From an uncultured Clostridium sp. (GTDB lineage Bacteria > Bacillota > Clostridia > TANB77 > CAG-508), in contig CAMEJH010000004.1 of NCBI GenBank assembly GCA_945919455.1, positions 17-64,016 of the forward strand: DNA of 64,000 nt, given 5' to 3'. Below are positions 41,502 to 51,890 of the stretch, in pieces. Within the stretch, counting starts at the first letter, position 1, and every line of letters starts with the position of its first letter. The notes under the pieces are model-generated. The model was not told where the DNA came from. It saw only the letters and a list, made by a program, of their open reading frames with translations, and ran no database searches. Both the position numbers and the translations under genes were made by a program.

Positions 41502-42149
41502 TTATAACAATCTAGGCTTCAACTCCAAATATATTGGTTTTTCTTCTCTAATCATTGTACTTTTTCCATGCCCTGGATATACAATTGTCTCATCAGGTAA
41601 AATCATTAATTTTTTTGTTATTGAATTTATTATATCTTCAAAACTTCCTGTAGGTACATCTGTTCTACCCCATGTACCTCTGAATAAAGTATCACCTGAA
41701 AATAGCAATTTCTCACTCTCACAATAAAGGCAAGAGCCACCTTCTGTATGCCCTGGTGTATACAATACTTCAAATTCTAAGTCTCCTAAATGTAGTAAGT
41801 CTCCATCATCTACTCTAGCATCAGCTTCTATAGTTAGATTTGGAAATCCAATATATGTTGTTAAACTTACATCTGGATTTAATATATTTTCAGCATCTTT
41901 TCTTTCTATTACTATCTTTCCTCCATATCTTTCTTTTAATTCTTGTACTCCTCCTATATGATCTCCATGACAGTGTGTAAGATAAATATATTTTAATTTT
42001 GCTTGTAATATATCTAACATTTCTATTATTTTGTCTATCTCACCTGCTGGGTCTATTACCATTGTTTCTTTTGAATTTTCATCTTGAACTATGTAGCAAT
42101 TTGTTAGATCTCCTGCCCATACTTCAATCTTTAGTTCCTTTAGTATCAT
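41502..42149 (-). CDS. MBL-fold metallo-hydrolase (glyoxalase II-like)
   Basis: THCHGDHIGG (HxHxDH), plus downstream His and Asp ligands. Confidence 0.85.
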   Translation of the reverse strand: MILKELKIEVWAGDLTNCYIVQDENSKETMVIDPAGEIDKIIEMLDILQAKLKYIYLTHCHGDHIGGVQELKERYGGKIVIERKDAENILNPDVSLTTYIGFPNLTIEADARVDDGDLLHLGDLEFEVLYTPGHTEGGSCLYCESEKLLFSGDTLFRGTWGRTDVPTGSFEDIINSITKKLMILPDETIVYPGHGKSTMIREEKPIYLELKPRLL

Positions 42150-42166
42150 TTTTTTAATCCTTCTTT

Positions 42167-44371
42167 CTATTTTTTCCTGTTTACTTCATAAACACTATCT
42201 ACTTTTCTTAGTTCTCTTATAATTTTATTTAAACTTTCTAAACTATCTACCTCTAATGTAACTTCTGTTACTGCAATTCTTTCTTTTGTTGCTCTAGCAT
42301 TAACTCCCAATATCTTAGCTTTTGAGTCATTTATTTTTTGAATTATATCAGCCAATAATCCATTTCTATCATTTGCAAATATTTCTACTTCTACTGTATA
42401 TGTTACTTTTTCTTGATTATACCATTCTACTTCTATAATTCGATTTTCTTCTTTTAATAGGTCATTAATATTTACACAGTCTTTTCTATGAACAGATACT
42501 CCTCTTCCTTTTGTTATATATCCTATTATTTCATCTCCTGGAAGTGGATTGCAACATTTTGAAAGTTTTACTAAGCAATTGTCAATTCCTTTTACTACTA
42601 TTCCAGAACTTGATGGTTTTGTATTTTTAGTTTTTGTTGTTTCAAGTTCTTCTATCTTTTCCTCTATTGTATCCTCTTTATGTTCTTTTCTATATTCTAT
42701 GAGCATTCTAGCAATTACTTTTGTTGCAGACATTGCTCCAAACCCAACTGATGCATACATATCATCTAAATTTTTAAATTTGTATCTTTCAAGCATTGGA
42801 TTTATGTATTCATTTTTAAATATATCAGAATGTTCTATACCTATTCTTTTTAGTTCTCTTTCAATTGCTTCTTTTCCTTTTTCTATATTTTCTGTTTTTC
42901 TTTCTCTTTTAAACCATTGTTGTATTTTATTCTTTGCACTTGTACTTCTTACAAATTTTAACCAGTCCATACTTGGACCTTTTGAATTGTCTGATGTTAA
43001 GATTTCTACAATGTCACCATTTTTTATTTTTGTTATTATTGGAACCATTTTGCTATTTATTTTTGCACCAATCATATGGTTTCCTATTTCTGCATGTATA
43101 CTATATGCAAAATCTATTGGTGTTGCTCCTCTAGGTAATACTTTTATTGCTCCTTTTGGAGTAAATACATATACTTCATCTTCAAATAACTCTGTTTTTA
43201 AAGTTTCTAAAAATTCTTGTGGATCTTGCATTTCTTGTTGCCATTCAAGTGTTTCTCTTAGCCAAGCAAGCTTGTCTTCTTGCACACTTACTACTTTTTG
43301 GCCTTTTTTACTTCCATAGTTTGCTTCTTTATAAGCCCAATGTGCAGCAATACCATATTCTGCAATTCTATGCATGTCCCATGTACGAATTTGAACTTCA
43401 AATGGGGTTCCTTTTTCTCCTAACAAAGTAGTATGTATTGATTGATACATATTAGGTTTTGGTACGGCTATATAATCTTTAAATCTTCCTGGCATAGGAC
43501 TATACATCTCGTGTACAACTCCTAATGAGGCATAACAATCTTTTACAGAATTTACTATTATTCTTAATGCAAATAAATCATATATTTGATCTAGAGTTTT
43601 ATTATCTCTTTGCATTTTTCTATAGATACTATATAAATGTTTTGCTCTCCCTGTTACTTCTGCTTCAATATGCTGCTTTTTTAATTGAACTCTTATGTCT
43701 GCCATAATCTTTTCTATAAATTTTAGTCTTTCTTCTCTTTTTTGCTCTATTCCTTTTACTAATTCATTAAATTCTTCTGGATATAAGTATTGAAATCCTA
43801 AGTCTTCTAGTTCCCATTTCATAGCGTATAAACCTAATCTATTAGCTAAAGGTGCATATAATTGCATAGTTTCTTGAGATATTGCTATTTGTCTATCTTT
43901 ACTTAAAAATTGAAGAGTTCTCATATTATGCAATCTATCTGCTAATTTTATTATTATTACTCTAATGTCTTTTCCCATAGCCAAAAACATTTTTCTATAG
44001 TTTTCAACTTGGTTTTCTTCTATTGAGGCATATTCAATTTTTTTAAGTTTTGTTACACCGTCAACCATATCTGCTATTTCTTGTCCAAATTCATTGACTA
44101 AATCTTCATTATTTACATCTGTATCTTCTACAACATCATGTAATAATGCTGCACATATAGTTTTTTCATCTAGCCCCAATTCTGCTATTAAATATGCAAC
44201 ATTTGTTGGATGTATTATATATGGCTCTCCTGATTTTCTTAACTGATCCCCATGATGCTGTAATGCATAATTATATGCTTTTTGTATCATTTTTGTATCT
44301 GGCCATCTTTTATTTTTCTTTACTTTATCTATAATATCTTTTATAGTATAATTTTTTGTCATATTCATCAC
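42167..44371 (-). CDS. relA: Bifunctional (p)ppGpp synthetase/hydrolase RelA/SpoT (Rel)
   Basis: HD domain (HDVVEDT), synthetase domain, and TGS and ACT regions in the canonical order. Confidence 0.95.
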   Translation of the reverse strand: MMNMTKNYTIKDIIDKVKKNKRWPDTKMIQKAYNYALQHHGDQLRKSGEPYIIHPTNVAYLIAELGLDEKTICAALLHDVVEDTDVNNEDLVNEFGQEIADMVDGVTKLKKIEYASIEENQVENYRKMFLAMGKDIRVIIIKLADRLHNMRTLQFLSKDRQIAISQETMQLYAPLANRLGLYAMKWELEDLGFQYLYPEEFNELVKGIEQKREERLKFIEKIMADIRVQLKKQHIEAEVTGRAKHLYSIYRKMQRDNKTLDQIYDLFALRIIVNSVKDCYASLGVVHEMYSPMPGRFKDYIAVPKPNMYQSIHTTLLGEKGTPFEVQIRTWDMHRIAEYGIAAHWAYKEANYGSKKGQKVVSVQEDKLAWLRETLEWQQEMQDPQEFLETLKTELFEDEVYVFTPKGAIKVLPRGATPIDFAYSIHAEIGNHMIGAKINSKMVPIITKIKNGDIVEILTSDNSKGPSMDWLKFVRSTSAKNKIQQWFKRERKTENIEKGKEAIERELKRIGIEHSDIFKNEYINPMLERYKFKNLDDMYASVGFGAMSATKVIARMLIEYRKEHKEDTIEEKIEELETTKTKNTKPSSSGIVVKGIDNCLVKLSKCCNPLPGDEIIGYITKGRGVSVHRKDCVNINDLLKEENRIIEVEWYNQEKVTYTVEVEIFANDRNGLLADIIQKINDSKAKILGVNARATKERIAVTEVTLEVDSLESLNKIIRELRKVDSVYEVNRKK

Positions 44372-44374
44372 CCT

Positions 44375-46072
44375 TTATTTGAGTAAACAGGATTTCATAA
44401 TATCTTTTATATTTATTTGTATATTGTCTACTCCGTTAAAATTGTTTATTTCTAAATTTCCTACAACATCTATTTTATCACCGATTCTATATTCAGTAGA
44501 TAAATATCCTAAGTTAAATCCAATTGCATTTATTATATTTTTATTGTCTTTTAGTGTTAGTTTTAAGTGTTTCCCTTCTGACAATGCTCTTATTGAATCT
44601 ATTTTTAAATTTTTTATTGCAAACAGTGGCATTTTGTTTTCTTCCCCAAATGGTTCAAGTTCATTTAAGCTTTCTACCATTTCTTTATCTATATCATCTA
44701 AGCTAACTTGCATATCTATTTTTAATATTGGTACTATATCTTCTATATGTTTCTGAACTGCTATTTCTTCTAATTGTTCTTTAAATTCTTGCAATTTATC
44801 TTTTTTTACATTTATTCCTACAGCCATTGAATGTCCACCAAACTTTTCTATTGAGCCTTGGCATTCTGTTAATGCCTCATATAAGTCAAAACCTGGTATG
44901 CTTCTTCCTGAACCTTTTCCATAGTCATCTTCTTCGCACAATAGTATACTTGGTTTAAAATATAATTCTGTAATTTTTGATGATACAATTCCTATTACGC
45001 CATGATGCCAGTTTTTTCCCATTAATACTATTGTATTTTTGTCTGACAATTTATCTTTTTCTATTTGTGTAATTGCATCTGTATAAATATTTTTTTCTAT
45101 ATCTTGTCTTAGTTTATTATACTCATTTAGTTTCTGTGTTAGTTCAATTACTTCATCAGGATTTTTTGATAAAAATAATTTTAAAGCTTCTTCTTGGTGT
45201 CCCATTCTGCCACAAGCATTTATTCTTGGAGCTACTCCAAACGAAATTGTATTTGAATCTATCTTATTATATCCAGAAGCTTGTAGTATGGCTTTTAATC
45301 CTAAATTTTTAGTTTGTTCTACTAACTTTAATCCTAGTTTTACTATTACTCTATTTTCATCTACAAGAGGAACTATATCTGATATTGTTCCAATACATAC
45401 TATATCTAGATATTTTAAGTATTCTTTTTCATCCAAATTTAGTTCTATGCTAAGCGCTTGTATTAGCTTGAATACAACACCCACTCCTGCTAAATTTCTA
45501 AATGGATAACTATTGTCTTTTCTTTTTGCATCTACTACAGCAATAGCATTTGGTAATTCATTTCCAGGCTCATGATGATCTGTAACTATTGTTTCTATTC
45601 CTAATTGATTAGCATATTCTACCTCTTCATTTGCAGATATTCCACAGTCTACTGTTATCATTAATGTATATTTTTGTTTTGCAATTTCTTCAACTGCTAT
45701 TTTATTTAATCCATATCCTTCTTCTAAGCGATTAGGTATATATTCTGCAACAGTTATTCCTCTTTCTTCTAAAAAACTTTTTAAAACAGTTACACTTGTT
45801 ATTCCATCTACATCATAATCACCATATATTATAATTTTTTCTTTGTTCTGTATTGCTTTTAATATTCTTTGTACTGCAATCTTCATATCAGGCATTTTAT
45901 ATGGATCATAAAAATCATTTCTTTTTGGTTTTAAAAATTTATTTATTTGTTCTTCTTCTGTAATATTTCTATTTACAAGTATTGTAGCTAATAGTTTATT
46001 TATTCCATATTTTTTTACTATTTCTTCTACTTTTTCATTATCCACTTGATATATCTGCCATTTTTTGTTCAT
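44375..46072 (-). CDS. recJ: Single-stranded-DNA-specific exonuclease RecJ
   Basis: DHH motifs (GDYDVDGITS, TVDCG, TDHHEP) and DHHA1 (GGHSMAVG). Start set at MNKKW (46072). The track ORF runs to 46138. Confidence 0.9.
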   Translation of the reverse strand: MNKKWQIYQVDNEKVEEIVKKYGINKLLATILVNRNITEEEQINKFLKPKRNDFYDPYKMPDMKIAVQRILKAIQNKEKIIIYGDYDVDGITSVTVLKSFLEERGITVAEYIPNRLEEGYGLNKIAVEEIAKQKYTLMITVDCGISANEEVEYANQLGIETIVTDHHEPGNELPNAIAVVDAKRKDNSYPFRNLAGVGVVFKLIQALSIELNLDEKEYLKYLDIVCIGTISDIVPLVDENRVIVKLGLKLVEQTKNLGLKAILQASGYNKIDSNTISFGVAPRINACGRMGHQEEALKLFLSKNPDEVIELTQKLNEYNKLRQDIEKNIYTDAITQIEKDKLSDKNTIVLMGKNWHHGVIGIVSSKITELYFKPSILLCEEDDYGKGSGRSIPGFDLYEALTECQGSIEKFGGHSMAVGINVKKDKLQEFKEQLEEIAVQKHIEDIVPILKIDMQVSLDDIDKEMVESLNELEPFGEENKMPLFAIKNLKIDSIRALSEGKHLKLTLKDNKNIINAIGFNLGYLSTEYRIGDKIDVVGNLEINNFNGVDNIQINIKDIMKSCLLK

Positions 46073-46125
46073 TCTTATTTTCCTTTCATATATTAATTTT
46101 CTTGCATTTATTTTACTATTATAAA

Positions 46126-46151
46126 AGAAAAATAGCAAGTAATCTTGCTAT
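46126..46151 (-). terminator. Terminator after recA
   Basis: atagcaag-taat-cttgctat, followed by a T-run on the minus strand. Confidence 0.55.
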
Positions 46152-46212
46152 TTTACTGATATATTTTTAATATTTTTCTATTAGATTAGAAATTGTTTTT
46201 ATGTTTTAATCT

Positions 46213-47268
46213 CTATTCTTCGTCATCGATCTCTTCATTTTCTTCTGGTAATTCTTCTCCTAGGCTTTGTTCAAATGCTTTTTCAAAATTTTCTCTAACC
46301 TTTTTATCAACTTCTTCAAGTATATCTTTATGTTCCATTAAATATCTTTTTGCATTTTCTCGTCCTTGTCCTATTCTTTCTCCATTATAACTAAACCATG
46401 ATCCACTTTTTTCTACAATGTCTAGATTTACCGCCATATCCAAAATATTTCCTTCTTTTGAAATGCCTTTTCCATATAAGACATCAAATTCTGCTTCTCT
46501 AAATGGTGGCGCTACTTTATTTTTTATTACTTTTACTCTTACTCTATTTCCTATTACATCTCCATCTTGTTTAATATTTTCTATTTTTCTTATATCCATT
46601 CTTACAGATGCATAGAATTTTAAAGCTCTTCCTCCTGTTGTTGTTTCTGGATTTCCAAACATTACACCAATTTTTTCTCTTAATTGATTAATAAATATTA
46701 ATACTGTTTTTGATTTATTTATTGCTCCAGCAAGTTTACGTAATGCTTGTGACATTAATCTTGCTTGTAATCCCATATGAGAGTCTCCCATATCTCCATC
46801 TATTTCAGCTTTTGGAACTAATGCTGCTACAGAGTCTACAACTATTACATCTAATGCTCCACTTCTTACTAATGCTTCTGTTATTTCTAGTGCTTGTTCT
46901 CCTGTATCTGGTTGTGAAACTATTAAGTTGTCTATGTCAACTCCTAATTTTTTAGCATATACTGGGTCTAATGCATGCTCAGCATCTATAAATGCAGCTT
47001 CTCCTCCTGATTTTTGTGCTTCTGCTATTACATGTAATGCTAATGTTGTTTTACCAGATGATTCTGGTCCAAATATTTCTATTATTCTTCCTCTAGGTAC
47101 TCCACCTATTCCTAATGCTATATCTAGACTTAATGCTCCTGTAGGTATTGCTTCTACCTCCATAGCTTTAAATTCTCCTAATTTCATAACTGAACCTTTT
47201 CCAAATTGTTTTTCTATTTGGCTCATTGCAACTTCTAGTGCTTTTCTTTTTTCTAAGTTTTCTTCCAT
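46213..47268 (-). CDS. recA: Recombinase RecA
   Basis: GPESSGKTT Walker A, the L1 and L2 loop regions, and an acidic C-terminal tail. Confidence 0.97.
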   Translation of the reverse strand: MEENLEKRKALEVAMSQIEKQFGKGSVMKLGEFKAMEVEAIPTGALSLDIALGIGGVPRGRIIEIFGPESSGKTTLALHVIAEAQKSGGEAAFIDAEHALDPVYAKKLGVDIDNLIVSQPDTGEQALEITEALVRSGALDVIVVDSVAALVPKAEIDGDMGDSHMGLQARLMSQALRKLAGAINKSKTVLIFINQLREKIGVMFGNPETTTGGRALKFYASVRMDIRKIENIKQDGDVIGNRVRVKVIKNKVAPPFREAEFDVLYGKGISKEGNILDMAVNLDIVEKSGSWFSYNGERIGQGRENAKRYLMEHKDILEEVDKKVRENFEKAFEQSLGEELPEENEEIDDEE

Positions 47269-47290
47269 GTTTTCTCCTCCTAATTTTATA

Positions 47291-47303
47291 AAACTTTTGT
47301 TCG
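47291..47303 (-). promoter_or_regulatory. Candidate LexA (Cheo/DinR-type) box cGAACaaaaGTTt
   Basis: Matches GAAC-N4-GTTC at 7 of 8 positions. Lies 8 nt downstream of the putative recA -10. Confidence 0.4.
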
Positions 47304-47311
47304 ATATCTAT

Positions 47312-47340
47312 ACTATATATCTAATTTAATCTTTTGTCAA
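47312..47340 (-). promoter_or_regulatory. Candidate recA promoter (TTGACA-17-TATAGT)
   Basis: Minus-strand hexamers with 17-nt spacing, about 45 nt upstream of the recA ATG. Confidence 0.5.
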
Positions 47341-47364
47341 GCAATTTTTTAAATTTTTTTATTT

Positions 47365-47449
47365 AGTTAATATATAACTATTTCATAAGCAAAACATATC
47401 TAGGGTCTTCCTATGGGTCTTGCCTTTATTCAATAGTTATATATTAACT
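47365..47449. repeat. MITE/REP-like element, copy B (inverted relative to copy A), with 18-bp perfect terminal inverted repeats
   Basis: agttaatatataactatt at 47365-47382 is the exact reverse complement of 47432-47449. The core at 47390-47417 is the reverse complement of 37297-37324. Confidence 0.75.
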
Positions 47450-47469
47450 TAGCAAAATAGTGCAAATAA

Positions 47470-49053
47470 TTAATTTTTATACCAGTTGTTTATATCCATG
47501 AATATATTATACCAATTTGCTGTAATATTACCTCTAAGGTTCCAACTACTTGCTACTGCATAATAACTATTATATAAACCTATATATGGTACTTCATCAT
47601 TGTAAATTTGCCTTATTCTTGTATATTTTTCTTTTAGTAGATCTTCTTTGGTTATATTCTTTACTTCATTCATTATTGATGTTAATTCTTCATTATTATA
47701 ATTTGCTAAATTATTTGCACCAAAATAAGTTTCTAAATTCGGACTTAATGATTCTGTTGTCCCTGTTAAAATCATATCATAATTTTTATTTTGTAAATAA
47801 TATTGATATTGATTATCACTTGCTTTAACTAGAGAAACTTTTATCCCTATTTCTTCTAAATTAGATTTTATCATCTCCGCTACTGCTAATCTTGTTTGAT
47901 TTGATGCTTGCACAATAAGCCTAAAACTTATTGTTTTTGTTGAATAATTTTCTGTTTTTTGCCATTTATTATTTTTAAATATCCATCCATTTTGTTCTAA
48001 TATTTGTTTTGCTTGTTCAACATTATAGTTATATGTTGATTCTTCTCCTTTTAGCCAATTGCCATAATCTAATGGATAATTAGTTTGCTTATATTTATTA
48101 TTATATAATGATGCTATAATATTTTCTTTATTTATTGCACATGATATTGCTTGTCTAACTTCCTTTTTTGACAATACTGGATTTTGCGTATTTATTGCTA
48201 AAAAATCATATTCTCTTCCATGAATTTCTTTTATGTTATAACCTATTGTTCCTATATAATCTTGTATTTTTATGTTTGTTGTAGTTAATAAATCTACTTT
48301 TCCTAATTTAAATGCATTGTATAATTCTCCTAAATTAGTGTATTTTCCAATTTTTATAGTCTCCAAAGTTAGTGTATCACCATAGTAATACTCATTTTTA
48401 TTTAATATTATTTCTTCATTATTATTTTGAGTTATTTTATATTTTCCTGTTCCTATTGGAAAATTATTTTTTTCAGTAGTATTAAAGTCTTGTCCTTCAT
48501 AATATTTTTTGTTCATTATAGGAAATATTAAATTATACTCAAAAAAAGGTATTTCATGATCTAATGTTATTTGTAATGTTTCATCATCTATTTTATCAGC
48601 TCTTATGACATATTGTACATTATATGCATAAATTGATGGTGTTTGTTTTAATATATCTATTGTAAATATTACATCATCTGCAATAAACTTTTGCCCATCT
48701 GACCATTTTATATCATTTCTCAATTTTAATAAATAGGTTACTTCACTTGTTTTTGCCCAATCTCTTACTAAGCATTTACTTATTTTATATTCCTCGTCTA
48801 ATTCAAATAAAGGATCAAATATAATCTTTGATATTTCTTGTACATGCTTATTATTACTTAACAATGGATTTATTGTGTCAAATTCAGCAATACCTAAAGA
48901 TATTTCCTTTATTATCTCTTCGTCTTCTATTTCTGCTTTTGGAGTTGTTTCTTCTACTGTTTTTTCTTCGCTTTTATTTAATTGGTATATAGCAAATCCC
49001 ATTATTGCTACTACAAATATTACAAATATATATTTTACAAAATTACTTTTCAA
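47470..49053 (-). CDS. ABC transporter substrate-binding protein, family 5 (peptide/nickel type), membrane-anchored; no cognate permease or ATPase genes adjacent
   Basis: About 527 aa with an N-terminal TM segment and the SBP_bac_5-like pattern (KWSDGQKF.ADDV..T). Confidence 0.8.
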   Translation of the reverse strand: MKSNFVKYIFVIFVVAIMGFAIYQLNKSEEKTVEETTPKAEIEDEEIIKEISLGIAEFDTINPLLSNNKHVQEISKIIFDPLFELDEEYKISKCLVRDWAKTSEVTYLLKLRNDIKWSDGQKFIADDVIFTIDILKQTPSIYAYNVQYVIRADKIDDETLQITLDHEIPFFEYNLIFPIMNKKYYEGQDFNTTEKNNFPIGTGKYKITQNNNEEIILNKNEYYYGDTLTLETIKIGKYTNLGELYNAFKLGKVDLLTTTNIKIQDYIGTIGYNIKEIHGREYDFLAINTQNPVLSKKEVRQAISCAINKENIIASLYNNKYKQTNYPLDYGNWLKGEESTYNYNVEQAKQILEQNGWIFKNNKWQKTENYSTKTISFRLIVQASNQTRLAVAEMIKSNLEEIGIKVSLVKASDNQYQYYLQNKNYDMILTGTTESLSPNLETYFGANNLANYNNEELTSIMNEVKNITKEDLLKEKYTRIRQIYNDEVPYIGLYNSYYAVASSWNLRGNITANWYNIFMDINNWYKN

Positions 49054-49133
49054 GATATCACCTCTTTGCCTTGTAATAATATCCTATTCTTGTATTTTTT
49101 TCAAGAGTTTTTGCTGAAGTTTATTCATTTTGA

Positions 49134-50144
49134 TTAGTTTTGTATTTGCACTTCTTTTTTTATTTTTTCTAATTCTTTTTTGCTCACTTTAGTATAGTTT
49201 ATTATCTTTTCATCTGTTTCATTATAGTTTAACATACTTTTTATCATCGCTTTTATAGTTTCTTTTATTCCTTCTTTTTTTCCTTGATTTATTAGATCAT
49301 TTTTTATTTTTGCATTATTTCTTTTAACTCTTTCTATCCATTCATCATCCATACTATTATTCTCCTTTTTCTCTATTATTTTTAATACATCGCTAATATC
49401 TTCTTTTTCTAAAACATTTGATAATATATAAGTTACTATATCCTTTATCCATTTTATTCTCTCTTGATCTTTTGCTTTATTTATTAAATCTATTAAAATA
49501 TTTTTTATATCTTCACTTGTTTCAAATTTTTCTATTAGCATCATACTAGACAATTTTGTGTCTTTTTCTATCAGTTCTTCTTTATTATATTTACTTATGT
49601 CTATCAATTCATATTCAAAGCTTATTAAGTACTTTTTATATTTAGCTTCGCCTTTTTGTGTATTTGAAAAATTGGTCTTGACAGTCCATTCTTGAAATCC
49701 AGTGTATATCACTATTGGTACTATTATTGGATTTTCTTCTTTTTTTAAACTGTTACCTCTATGAATTTCTTCAATTAATGCTTCACTATATCCTAATATT
49801 CTATTAGGCATTTCTTTGTCCACAGTTGATTGATGTTCTATCAAGTAATAAATTTCTTTGTCCTTTTGCTTATATATCATATCTGATTCTTTACTTTTAT
49901 ATGTAGAGGTTATAAAACTATTTTTATATTTCTCTAAATCTTCTTCATTAACCTCCAGATTCAAATATTGACTTAAAAATTTTGACATTTCTTTTATATC
50001 ACTCAATATATTTTTAAATGTTTTATCATGTTTTTTGTCTACTCCTCCTATTGATACAATTTTTATTTTTGGTAAATTTTTAGGTAAAATATCCTTGTAT
50101 AATAAAAGTTCTTCTTCTGAAATATCATTTTTTTCAATAAGCAA
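49134..50144 (-). CDS. Rpn-family (YhgA/Transposase_31-like) recombination-promoting nuclease
   Basis: HDKTFKNIL...DMIY...YYLIEHQSTVDKEMPNRILGY is a typical PD-(D/E)XK Rpn core. TTG start behind aaaggatagg. Confidence 0.8.
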   Translation of the reverse strand: MLIEKNDISEEELLLYKDILPKNLPKIKIVSIGGVDKKHDKTFKNILSDIKEMSKFLSQYLNLEVNEEDLEKYKNSFITSTYKSKESDMIYKQKDKEIYYLIEHQSTVDKEMPNRILGYSEALIEEIHRGNSLKKEENPIIVPIVIYTGFQEWTVKTNFSNTQKGEAKYKKYLISFEYELIDISKYNKEELIEKDTKLSSMMLIEKFETSEDIKNILIDLINKAKDQERIKWIKDIVTYILSNVLEKEDISDVLKIIEKKENNSMDDEWIERVKRNNAKIKNDLINQGKKEGIKETIKAMIKSMLNYNETDEKIINYTKVSKKELEKIKKEVQIQN

Positions 50145-50336
50145 TCACCTATCCTTTCTGTATTTTGTCATTTTTTGTTTTTCTTAGAAATTAAGATTCT
50201 AAAATTCTGAATTAAATTAAATCAGATATTCGTCCTGCCTTCCCAAAGTTGTTATTGATTATTAACAATGTTATGTTACCATATATTTAAAATTTTTGCA
50301 ATAGTTTTATAAAATTTTTATATCTACATTTATAAA

Positions 50337-50357
50337 AGAGAGCAAATATTGCTCTCT
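50337..50357 (-). terminator. Terminator after spoVS
   Basis: A 9-bp stem (agagagcaa / ttgctctct) followed by ttttat on the minus strand. Confidence 0.6.
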
Positions 50358-50396
50358 AACTTTTCTATGAAGCTTTATATATATTTGATTGAATTT

Positions 50397-50660
50397 CTAT
50401 TTTCTAGATTCTACAATCAATTTAATTCCAGTTCTGTCCTCTCCTTCGACCTCTACTTCTGCAAATGCTGGTATACAAACTAAGTCTACTCCTGCTGGTG
50501 CTACAAATCCTCTTGCTATAGCTACTGCCTTTACTGCTTGGTTTAGAGCTCCTGCTCCAATTGCTTGCATTTCTGCTTTTTGTGATTCTTTTACTAATCC
50601 TGCAATAGCTCCTGCTACTGAATTTGGATTAGATTTTGATGAAATTTTTAGAATTTCCAT
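50397..50660 (-). CDS. spoVS: Stage V sporulation protein S
   Basis: MEILKISSKSNPNSVAGAIAG...AIGAGALNQAVKAVAIARG is a near-canonical SpoVS sequence. Confidence 0.92.
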   Translation of the reverse strand: MEILKISSKSNPNSVAGAIAGLVKESQKAEMQAIGAGALNQAVKAVAIARGFVAPAGVDLVCIPAFAEVEVEGEDRTGIKLIVESRK

Positions 50661-50805
50661 TTTTCTTTTGCCTCCTATAATTTAATTTTTGTTGCAACTT
50701 TTACATTTTGTATTTTACAATATTTAACAATTTTTGTCTAGTATTTTTGGAAATTTTTTCAAGTTTTCATCGCGTCTTTCGACATATTTTTTTAAATATC
50801 GTCCT

Positions 50806-51579
50806 TTATTTATAATTAAGTCTTTTTATTGATATTACTCTGTTTGAAGTATCATCTATTTCAAATGCAACTGCATTTAATATGCATTCTCCTTCTGCCA
50901 ATTTGTATTTTTCTGGAAGTGCTGTTTCAAATCTTTTTATTGAGGCTTGTATATCCATTCCAATTACAGAATTTTTTGGTCCTGTCATTCCTAAGTCTGT
51001 TATATATGCTGTTCCATTTGGAAGTATTTGTTCATCTCCTGTTTGTACATGTGTATGTGTTCCAAATATGATTGTTGCTTTTCCATCTAGAAATCTTGCC
51101 ATAGCAATTTTTTCTGCTGTTGCTTCTGCATGAAAATCAATTACTATTATATCTACTTTTCCTCTTATATTTTCTACCATTTCTCTTGCCATTATAAATG
51201 GGTTTTCTGTAAGTATATTAATATCTACTCTTCCCATAAAGTTCATCACAGCTATTTTTTTGCCATTGCATTCATAAATTCCTAATCCTTTACCAACAAC
51301 TCCTTTAGGGTAATTTGCTGGTCTTAATATTTGTGGATCATCTATAAATTTAAAGATGTCTTTCTTTCCCCATGTGTGATTTCCCATTGTTATTACATTT
51401 GTTCCAGCTTCTATTATGTCTTTAAAGTTCTTTTCTGTTATTCCCATTCCTCCAGCTGAATTTTCTCCATTTGTTATAACAAAATCTATATTTTCTTCTC
51501 TCTTTATTTTGGGTAGTATCTCTTTTAATTTTCTTACACCTGATTCTCCTACTATATCTCCAACTGCTAGTATTTTCAA
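50806..51579 (-). CDS. ymdB: YmdB-type metallophosphoesterase (TIGR00282 family; 2',3'-cyclic-nucleotide phosphodiesterase)
   Basis: MKILAVGDIVG...NGENSAGG...GNHTW...DFHAE...GTHTHV motifs. Adjacent to spoVS, as in Bacillus. Confidence 0.9.
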   Translation of the reverse strand: MKILAVGDIVGESGVRKLKEILPKIKREENIDFVITNGENSAGGMGITEKNFKDIIEAGTNVITMGNHTWGKKDIFKFIDDPQILRPANYPKGVVGKGLGIYECNGKKIAVMNFMGRVDINILTENPFIMAREMVENIRGKVDIIVIDFHAEATAEKIAMARFLDGKATIIFGTHTHVQTGDEQILPNGTAYITDLGMTGPKNSVIGMDIQASIKRFETALPEKYKLAEGECILNAVAFEIDDTSNRVISIKRLNYK

Positions 51580-51599
51580 CTTAATTCCTTCTTTCTTTT

Positions 51600-51806
51600 T
51601 TATTCTGTTAGCTTTTTATATATTTCTTCTACATCATTTATCTCTTTTGCATAGTTTTCTTGTATCTGTTTTACGTCTTGTTCTTGTACTTGTAATCTAT
51701 TTAAGTTAGATAAATATACTCCTATTAATATAAGTGCAATAAATAAACAAGCTAATAGTACAAATAATGTTATTACTCCATTTTCTTTTTTTATAAAATT
51801 TTTCAT
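51600..51806 (-). CDS. 68-aa membrane-anchored protein, paralog of the N-terminal ~70 aa of the giant protein
   Basis: 43 of 58 aligned residues are identical by hand count (ITLFVLLACLF...YLSNLNRLQVQEQ.VKQIQENYAK). Long identical nucleotide runs match 61176-61349. Confidence 0.55.
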   Translation of the reverse strand: MKNFIKKENGVITLFVLLACLFIALILIGVYLSNLNRLQVQEQDVKQIQENYAKEINDVEEIYKKLTE

Positions 51807-51890
51807 ATGTTTACCTCACTTCTTATATTTTTCTCTATCAGACTAATTATATAATATAATTGGATTTTTTACAATCATTATTTACAAAAA

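Noticed and set aside
50249-50268. Rex-like operator TTGTTAT-N6-TTAACAA upstream of the intact Rpn gene
   Set aside because: The spacing (20 bp overall) and one arm differ from the TTGTTAA-N4-TTAACAA consensus I recall. The downstream gene has no redox function. Such AT-rich palindromes are expected by chance here.
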